A stretch of DNA of 64,000 nucleotides from Thermoplasmata archaeon (GTDB taxonomy: Archaea; Thermoplasmatota; E2; JACPAO01; JAHFTW01), in contig JAXDQS010000010.1 of NCBI GenBank assembly GCA_034667725.1, positions 128,001 through 192,000 of the forward strand, in the 5' to 3' direction. The translations under genes and the position numbers were made by a program. Each line of letters starts with the position of its first letter. Position 1 is the first letter of the stretch. This document shows positions 54,677 through 61,169 of this stretch, in pieces. The notes under the pieces were generated by a model that was not told the origin of the DNA, did no database searches, and saw only the letters and a list, made by a program, of their open reading frames with translations.

Positions 54677-56434
54677 ATGATCGCCAAACAAACCCCGACC
54701 AAGCAACTGGCCGCGGCCGCCCTTGCAGTCCTGCTTCTGGGCCCCGCCGTCAGCCTCACTGGCTCCCTGGAGCCGTTCGCGACGGAGTCTGCCGTGTCCT
54801 TGGGCACCTTCGAAGGCGCGCCGCTCGCCGCCAAAGCGCAGCTGCGGGATGCCCGTCTTGCCTGCGCCGCGCTGCACGGCTTGGAGCCCCATAGCCGCGA
54901 CTACCAAGCACCGATCGGCTGCGACCGCGAAGGCGGCTTGGACTTGCCTCCGGGAACCTGCGACGGCTGCGACCCGTCCCCACTCTATGCCTTGTCCTGC
55001 GCCGACGGCTCGCCCGGCCTCGCCCACCAAGGCGCGGACCTGGCCTGTGCCAGCGAGGCCGGCCGGTACGCCCAATGCGTCGTGGTGCCCCTGCTCCCGG
55101 TCAACATCACCCCGATTCCCTTGGACTTCGGCGCCACCTGCGAGCCGGGCGACGAAACCCTGTGCAAGACCGCCGTGGCGGACCTCTGCGCCTACGTCCC
55201 CCACATCGTGGAATCCATCCCCCAGGAAATCGAGGCCTTGGGCCCTGCCCTCGCCTCCGCCATGGCGCTCACGTCCTGCGACTCCGTGCCTTGGCTCAGT
55301 CTCCATCTCAGGTGCGGCGGCTCGGGCGGCCCCGCCCCGCCCAAGACCCCCCGCCCGGACGGAATCCACTGCGAGGACCGCCAATCCACTGGCGCCGGCG
55401 GCGCCTGGAGCCTGGTGATCCCGACGGCCGACCTAGGCCCGTCCTCGCCACCCTCGATGGCGGGCTTCACGTCCTACGCCAGCCTGTCCTTGGACATCCC
55501 CGACGCGGGGACGAACAGCCAACGAATCTGCTACAAGCCCGGCACCTGGGATCCCGTGTCGCCCCCAACGCGCGAGCCTCCTTCTGCGGACGCAATCGCC
55601 GCGAAGCAACATGAGTGCGACGTGAGCATGATGATCTTCGCGGTCGGCGCTGCCGTCGCCATCGCGGGGGCCTTCAAAGGGAACCCCGGCGTCGTGATGG
55701 CCGGCGTCGGCATGATGGCGACCGGTGCTGCCATGTCAGGCGCGTGCGCCGAGGCCGAGGCCATGCGCGACGATCCCGGCTACATGAAGTGCGTCGGGCA
55801 CGCCCAGGTCACCTGGGGCGGCGCCAACGGCAACAGCTTCGACCACGCAATCCTCAGCACCGGAATCTTGGCGGTGTCCAGCCACTCTGACGGCCCTGGC
55901 TACCGCGAGGAAAACTTCCCGCCGCTCAACAAGCCCCTCTTTGACGCCGAGGGCTACCATTATGGCAACGAAACCGCCTGTCCCGGCAACATGGAGGCCA
56001 ACAACCAAGCTGCTTGGGACCGCTTCCTGGAATACATGGACACGACCAGCACCAGCGGCTCCGCGAAAGCCTCCCTCGACGTCGCGGCGCACATCGCAGG
56101 CACGGGCGCGGTCTTCGACCCGTTGTTCAGGCTTGCCCCCGGCGTCTTCACGACCTCGGCCGGCAACCTGGTCTTCGGGTGCAGCACCACGGTCTGCGAC
56201 GTCCAAGCCACCATCAGCATCGAGAGCTGCGGCCAGCAGGTCATGGCGGCCAACGCCAACCAAGTCCAATACTCCTTCATCGGCAAGGCCGGCTGCACCA
56301 CCTTGGCGATCACCGTGAACGGCCGCGCCGTCACCGTCACCCTGCCGCTGGTGCGGCTGGACGGCAGCTTCGGCGGCGAAGGCAACACCATCATAGGAGG
56401 CGGAGCGCTGGGAGCGATCCTGGCCACCGTTTGA
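54677..56434 (+). CDS. Large secreted Cys-rich protein with internal hydrophobic hairpin
   Basis: Signal peptide; over 20 Cys; MMIFAVGAAVAIAGAFKGNPGVVMAGVGMMATGAAM; hydrophobic C-terminus. Confidence 0.68.
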   Translation: MIAKQTPTKQLAAAALAVLLLGPAVSLTGSLEPFATESAVSLGTFEGAPLAAKAQLRDARLACAALHGLEPHSRDYQAPIGCDREGGLDLPPGTCDGCDPSPLYALSCADGSPGLAHQGADLACASEAGRYAQCVVVPLLPVNITPIPLDFGATCEPGDETLCKTAVADLCAYVPHIVESIPQEIEALGPALASAMALTSCDSVPWLSLHLRCGGSGGPAPPKTPRPDGIHCEDRQSTGAGGAWSLVIPTADLGPSSPPSMAGFTSYASLSLDIPDAGTNSQRICYKPGTWDPVSPPTREPPSADAIAAKQHECDVSMMIFAVGAAVAIAGAFKGNPGVVMAGVGMMATGAAMSGACAEAEAMRDDPGYMKCVGHAQVTWGGANGNSFDHAILSTGILAVSSHSDGPGYREENFPPLNKPLFDAEGYHYGNETACPGNMEANNQAAWDRFLEYMDTTSTSGSAKASLDVAAHIAGTGAVFDPLFRLAPGVFTTSAGNLVFGCSTTVCDVQATISIESCGQQVMAANANQVQYSFIGKAGCTTLAITVNGRAVTVTLPLVRLDGSFGGEGNTIIGGGALGAILATV

Positions 56435-56436
56435 CC

Positions 56437-56796
56437 ATGACCAACCGAACGATCCTTGGACACCTTGTCGGCTTGCTCGGCATCGCCGCCTTCAGCTTCT
56501 GGGGCATCGAAATCCTGCAAGGCTGGGCCTGGAGGGGCATCCTGGGGGTGTTGCTTGGGGTCGCAGGCATCGCAGCCTACGTTCGACTCGTGGCCAAGGA
56601 CGACCCGAACACGATGCGCTCCCCGCTGGGCTGGGGCACCATCGCCGCCGTGGCCGTCCTTGCCAGCCTGGTTGCGCTTCAAGGATACGGCGCCTTGCCC
56701 GACCTTGAGGTCGGCTTCTGGGTGTTCGTCGCCCTGCTGATCATCGGGGCGACCGCCGCAGCGGTGCGGACGCGAACCGCCAAGCGCCTCCACTAG
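56437..56796 (+). CDS. Small 4-TM membrane protein
   Basis: ATG 2 nt after the upstream stop; 119 aa, four hydrophobic helices. Confidence 0.68.
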   Translation: MTNRTILGHLVGLLGIAAFSFWGIEILQGWAWRGILGVLLGVAGIAAYVRLVAKDDPNTMRSPLGWGTIAAVAVLASLVALQGYGALPDLEVGFWVFVALLIIGATAAAVRTRTAKRLH

Positions 56797-56920
56797 CGAT
56801 GCTTGGCCGAGCCGTGGTTCACTCCTTTAATAGCCCTGCACCGTCGCGCAACCTGCGCTCTGGTGCGTCTGGGTCGCCGGCCCCCGACGAAGCGAGTTTC
56901 GCACCAAGGAGAGCACTTCA

Positions 56921-56994
56921 GGGCCCGTAGTGTAGCTTGGATATCACAGAAGCCTCCGGAGCTTCAGACCGGGATTCGAATTCCCGCGGGCCCG
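56921..56994 (+). tRNA. tRNA-Arg (anticodon CCG)
   Basis: Acceptor GGGCCCG/CGGGCCC; anticodon arm GAAGC-CTCCGGA-GCTTC; T arm CGGGA-TTCGAAT-TCCCG; no encoded CCA; T-tract follows. Confidence 0.95.
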
Positions 56995-57027
56995 CTCCTT
57001 TTCCGTCCTGGCTGCCTGCCGCGCGTG

Positions 57028-57309
57028 ATGGCGGACCCCGACAAGGCGGACCTGCAACGGATGGCGGAGGAGCTGCGCCGGCAGGCGGAGGATTTGGCCA
57101 AGACCGTGCGCCGCGCCTTCGAGGACGTGGCGGAGAACGCGCAGGTCGAGGCGGAGAAGGCGGGCGCCAAGTTCGCGGCGGCCTATCCTGACTTGTACGC
57201 CGAGCTGCGCAAGACGGGCAAGCAGCTGGAGCGCACGGCGCGGCAGGCGGCGAAGGACTTCGGGTTGGCGGGCGGTCAGTCCGACGACCGGAAGCGCTCC
57301 AGCAAGTAG
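57028..57309 (+). CDS. Small amphipathic helical protein
   Basis: 93 aa A/E/K/R-rich helical sequence. Confidence 0.6.
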   Translation: MADPDKADLQRMAEELRRQAEDLAKTVRRAFEDVAENAQVEAEKAGAKFAAAYPDLYAELRKTGKQLERTARQAAKDFGLAGGQSDDRKRSSK

Positions 57310-57473
57310 TACGCCGCCGTCACCGTGCCCAAGGCCACGAGCGGGAAGGCGAGCACGGCGATGCCCCAGGCCTGGAGGGCGCCGTCGTGGCTCGACAGGA
57401 GGGCGGCGCCGGTGAGCATGACGGCGCTGAAGGCCAGCCACAGCAAGGGGTAGCGCAGGCGCCGTTCGGCCAC
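57276..57473 (-). CDS. Small 2-TM protein
   Basis: 65 aa, two hydrophobic helices. Confidence 0.5.
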   Translation of the reverse strand: MAERRLRYPLLWLAFSAVMLTGAALLSSHDGALQAWGIAVLAFPLVALGTVTAAYYLLERFRSSD

Positions 57474-57526
57474 GAGGGCGCCGACGGCCCTGCGGGCTTC
57501 TATGTTTGGGCGCCGTGCCCGCCCCG

Positions 57527-57889
57527 ATGGCCGACCTGCACGCCGACTTGTCGAAGTGGCTCGCCTGGGAGTTCGATCGCGCTTGGCTGGAGGCGCACGC
57601 GGGCTGGAAGGACTTCGGCAACGGCTCGCGCATCGGCAAGCTGGCGCGCAACGGCAACGTCGGCCTGGTGGTGTACCACATCGCGGACGGGGCGCCGGAC
57701 ACGGTGTTCGGGGCGCACACGCACACGGGCGGCGAGATGTACCTGGTGCTGGCCGGCGAGACCTATGACGACGAGGGCGTCTATCCGAAGGGCTCGCTGG
57801 TCTGGATGAGGCCGGGCTCCCGCCACTTGCCCAAGACCCGGGGCGACACCTGGATCCTGGTGCTTTGGCCGGACGGAGTCCGGGTGTAG
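57527..57889 (+). CDS. Cupin-domain protein (ChrR-like)
   Basis: AHTHTGGEMYLVLAG..D..G.Y..GS...PGSRH.P. Confidence 0.85.
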   Translation: MADLHADLSKWLAWEFDRAWLEAHAGWKDFGNGSRIGKLARNGNVGLVVYHIADGAPDTVFGAHTHTGGEMYLVLAGETYDDEGVYPKGSLVWMRPGSRHLPKTRGDTWILVLWPDGVRV

Positions 57890-58152
57890 CTGCACCGGAA
57901 GCGGCCGGGCTGGACCCAACGCCTTCGCTTCGACTGGAAGCTTCAAATGATGGCCGTGGCGGGCGCGGTTTCGGCTAAAGCCCTTCCCGCGGACGAATCT
58001 GTCGGCTTATCTAGCCCGGCGCATCCATGGGGGGTGGAAGCCGTGATTCCATGGAACCCAACTGCACCTCCGAGACGCACGAGTACTTTTACTGGTGAGT
58101 CCACCGGAAGCAACCCTTCGCCTGTCGCCTCCCCCGCTCTGTCCCCTGTCCT

Positions 58153-58398
58153 TCAGGCCCCTTTGCCCTTCTTGGGGCCAAGGGGTCGGATCCCCACCAT
58201 CTTGGCGTAGAAGCCGTTGGGGAAGCCGCGCACCAGCCGGTCGTGCCGCGCCACCGCGCCGGGCACCCCCGCACGCACCCGTTTTTGGGCCCGCCACACC
58301 AGCGGCAGGAAGACGGCGAAGCCCAGCAGGTAGAGCCCGCCCAGGGAATACCAGACCCAGGTGGCTGCCGTCCAGCCGGCCGGGTCCCAAGGCGCCAC
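58153..58398 (-). CDS. Small membrane protein with LemA-C-terminus-like motif
   Basis: One TM helix, then AVARHDRLVRGFPNGFYAKMVG. Confidence 0.55.
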   Translation of the reverse strand: MAPWDPAGWTAATWVWYSLGGLYLLGFAVFLPLVWRAQKRVRAGVPGAVARHDRLVRGFPNGFYAKMVGIRPLGPKKGKGA

Positions 58399-58421
58399 GG
58401 CCGGCCCAGTTTCCCGCCGGA

Positions 58422-58427
58422 TTTATA
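58422..58427. promoter_or_regulatory. TATA box centred between divergent starts
   Basis: TTTATA/TATAAA lies 24 nt from both GTG 58398 (-) and GTG 58451 (+). Confidence 0.6.
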
Positions 58428-58450
58428 GGCCCATCCCATCGCCGCCCCCC

Positions 58451-59722
58451 GTGGCGGAGAAGACCCCCCAGCTGAACCCGTACGCGATGGCCTTGGCGCA
58501 GCTCAAGACCGTCGCCAAGCGCATGAAGCTGGACCCCAACGTCCACGAGGTCCTCAAGCACCCCATGCGCAGCCTCGAGGTCGCCCTCCCCGTCCGCATG
58601 GACAACGGCACCATCCGGGTCTTCACCGGCTACCGCGTCCAGCACTCGATGGCCCGCGGCCCCGCCAAGGGCGGCGTCCGGTTCCACCAGAACGTCAGCC
58701 TCGACGAGGTCAAGGCGCTCGCGATGTGGATGACCTGGAAGTGCGCCGTCGTCGGCATCCCCTACGGCGGCGCCAAGGGCGGCGTCATCGTGGACCCCCG
58801 CGAGCTGACCCACGGCGAGCTGGAGCGCATGGCCCGCCGCTACTTCTCCGAGATTTCGGTCATCATCGGCGAGCAGAAGGACATCCCCGCCCCCGACGTC
58901 AACACCAACGCCCAGACCATGGCGTGGTTCATGGACACCTACTCGATGGGGCAAGGCTACGCGGTGCCCGCCATCGTCACCGGCAAGCCCGTCGACATCG
59001 GCGGCTCCGAGGGCCGCGAGAAGGCCACCAGCCGCGGCATCACCTACTGCGTCCGCGAGGCCGCCAAGGCCATCGGGCTGGAGCTCAAGGGCGCCACCGT
59101 CGCGATCCAGGGCTTCGGCAACGTCGGCGGCAACGCGGCCCCCCTGTTCGCGGAGATGGGCTGCAAGATCGTGGCCGTGTCGGACGTCAACGGCGCCATC
59201 CACGCCCCCGACGGCCTCGACGTGCCCAAGCTCATGGCGCACCTCAAGCAGACCGGCACCGTCGTCGGCTTCCCCGGCAGCAAGGCCATCGGCAACGCCG
59301 AGCTCCTGGCCACCAAGGTGGACATCCTGGTCCCCGCCGCCTTGGAGGGCGTCATCACCAAGGACAACGCCGGCGCCATCGACTGCAAGATCCTCGCGGA
59401 GGGCGCCAACGGCCCCACCACCCCCGACGCCGACGACATCCTCCTCAAGAAGGGCGTGTTCGTCATCCCGGACGTGCTGTGCAACGCCGGCGGCGTCACG
59501 GCCAGCTACTTCGAGTGGGTCCAGGGCCTGCAGTCGTTCTTCTGGACCGAGGACGAGGTCAACCAGCGCCTCGACCAGATCATGACCAAGGCGTTCCACC
59601 AGGTCCACGACATCTGGATCAAGGAGACCAACGTCTCGCCCCTCACCATGCGGCAGGCGGCGTATATGCTCGCCGTCAAGCGGGTCGCCGACGCGATCAC
59701 CAAGCGCGGCATCTATCCGTAG
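58451..59722 (+). CDS. gdhA: Glutamate dehydrogenase
   Basis: GYRVQH..RGPAKGG.RF, MTWK, PYGGAKGG, DIPAPD, TGKP, QGFGNVG, EGANGP, NAGGV..SYFEW. Confidence 0.96.
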   Translation: MAEKTPQLNPYAMALAQLKTVAKRMKLDPNVHEVLKHPMRSLEVALPVRMDNGTIRVFTGYRVQHSMARGPAKGGVRFHQNVSLDEVKALAMWMTWKCAVVGIPYGGAKGGVIVDPRELTHGELERMARRYFSEISVIIGEQKDIPAPDVNTNAQTMAWFMDTYSMGQGYAVPAIVTGKPVDIGGSEGREKATSRGITYCVREAAKAIGLELKGATVAIQGFGNVGGNAAPLFAEMGCKIVAVSDVNGAIHAPDGLDVPKLMAHLKQTGTVVGFPGSKAIGNAELLATKVDILVPAALEGVITKDNAGAIDCKILAEGANGPTTPDADDILLKKGVFVIPDVLCNAGGVTASYFEWVQGLQSFFWTEDEVNQRLDQIMTKAFHQVHDIWIKETNVSPLTMRQAAYMLAVKRVADAITKRGIYP

Positions 59723-59886
59723 CGAGCGCAAGCGAGCGTCCGGAGGGTCCAGCGCGGGGCCGCGAGGCGCCGCTTGAGGGCGCATAGCGCCAGCGCGGCG
59801 CCACGAAGTCGGCGCGGCGCGTAGGCGCGTCCCGCCGTCAAGCGGGTCGCCGACGCCATCACCAAGCGCGGCATCTATCCGTAGCG
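59671..59886 (+). repeat. 54-bp direct repeat of the gdh 3' end
   Basis: 59671-59724 and 59833-59886 are identical at 53 of 54 positions. Confidence 0.95.
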
Positions 59887-59904
59887 GGCGCGACGCCCGG
59901 ACCC

Positions 59905-59953
59905 GACACAGATTCCACAGACCTTGGTCAAGTGGTGCTGTGGAATCTGTGTC
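59905..59953. repeat. Solitary inverted-repeat member of the mosaic repeat family (possible bidirectional terminator)
   Basis: Perfect 16-bp IR GACACAGATTCCACAG / CTGTGGAATCTGTGTC with a 17-nt loop, between convergent genes. Confidence 0.9.
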
Positions 59954-59962
59954 CAGGGGGAG

Positions 59963-61081
59963 CTAGTGCGCGGCCGGCGCCACGACCGGCAGCCAGAACG
60001 CCATGCGGGCCCCTTGGCCCGGGCCGGCGCTGTCGGCCGTGAGCTCGCCGCCGTGCAGCTCGACGATGGCCTTGCTGATGTAGAGGCCGAGGCCGGTGCC
60101 GGGGCGGTCGTGGCCGCGGTAGAACGGCTGGAACATGCGGCGGCGCTGATCGGCCGTGAAGCCGAGGCCGGTGTCGGTGACCGCGACATGGACGGCGGGC
60201 CCGGCGGGGCTGGCGCGCGCCTCGGCGTGGATCAGGATGCGGCCGCCGTCCAGGGTGAACTTGAGGGCGTTGCTGAGGAGGTTGTGGAGCACCTGGGTGA
60301 TGCGGTCGGGGTCGAGGGCGGCGGGGAGGGCGCCGGGGCACTCCAGGTCGAGCCGGATGCCGGCGCGCTCGGCGGCGGGGCGGTAGGTCTCGGCGCACTC
60401 GCCCAAGAGGACGCAGAGGTCGGTGTCGCTGCGCCGGATGGAGCGCTTCTGCCAGTCGAGGCGGGCGACGTCGAGGACCTGGCGCACCAGGTTGTGCAGC
60501 CGCTTCAGGTTGCGGTCCATCAGCTCCAGCGACCGGGCGAGGCGCTCCGGGTCGGCGCCCAGCTCGCGCAGGTACTGGAGCTGGAGCAGGATCGGGGTCA
60601 GCGGGGTCAGGAGCTCGTGGGCGACGGCGTTGAGCATCTCGCGGCGCTCGTCGTCGAGCTGGCGCAGCCGCTCGTTGGAGTGGCGCAGCGCCTCCTCGGC
60701 GCGCTTGCGGTGCGTGATGTCGCGCGCGACCTTGGAGGCGGCCACGACGCGGCCGGTCGCGTCGCGGATGGGGGACACGGTGACGGACACGTCGATGAGG
60801 CGGCCGTCCTTGCGGCGCCGCACCGTCTCGTAGTGGTCCACCTTGTGGCCGGCGCGGATGTTGGCCAGGATGGCGTCCTCCTCCCCTTCGCGGCCGGCCG
60901 GGAACAGGATGGTCATGGGCTTGCCGATGGCCTCGGCCGCGGTGTAGCCGAACATCTGCTGGGCGCCGCGGTTCCAGCTCAGGATGCGGCCGTCGAGGTC
61001 CTTGCTGACGATGGCGTCGTCGGACCCCTCGACGATGGCGGCAAGGTGGGCAAGGCTTGCGACCTCGTCCAGCGGGGCCAT
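59963..61081 (-). CDS. Cytoplasmic PAS-domain sensor histidine kinase
   Basis: PAS (SDDAIV..DLDG.I.SWN), H-box AHELLTPL, N-box NLLSNALKFT, DTGLG, FQPF, GTGLGL. Confidence 0.93.
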   Translation of the reverse strand: MAPLDEVASLAHLAAIVEGSDDAIVSKDLDGRILSWNRGAQQMFGYTAAEAIGKPMTILFPAGREGEEDAILANIRAGHKVDHYETVRRRKDGRLIDVSVTVSPIRDATGRVVAASKVARDITHRKRAEEALRHSNERLRQLDDERREMLNAVAHELLTPLTPILLQLQYLRELGADPERLARSLELMDRNLKRLHNLVRQVLDVARLDWQKRSIRRSDTDLCVLLGECAETYRPAAERAGIRLDLECPGALPAALDPDRITQVLHNLLSNALKFTLDGGRILIHAEARASPAGPAVHVAVTDTGLGFTADQRRRMFQPFYRGHDRPGTGLGLYISKAIVELHGGELTADSAGPGQGARMAFWLPVVAPAAH

Positions 61082-61169
61082 CGGTTGCCGCCATCCGCCC
61101 GTGGCGTAAAAGGGGATGCGGCGGCGGCGAACCGGGGACAGGCCGCGGTTTTTCGCGGCGCGAGGGCGG

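Noticed and set aside
51000-56994. tRNA-integrated provirus or integrative element
   Set aside because: No integrase, capsid or replication gene, no duplicated tRNA 3' end found, and the block lies on the 5' side of the tRNA
59671-59886. DGR template/variable repeat pair
   Set aside because: The single mismatch is G/C rather than adenine-specific, and no reverse transcriptase is nearby
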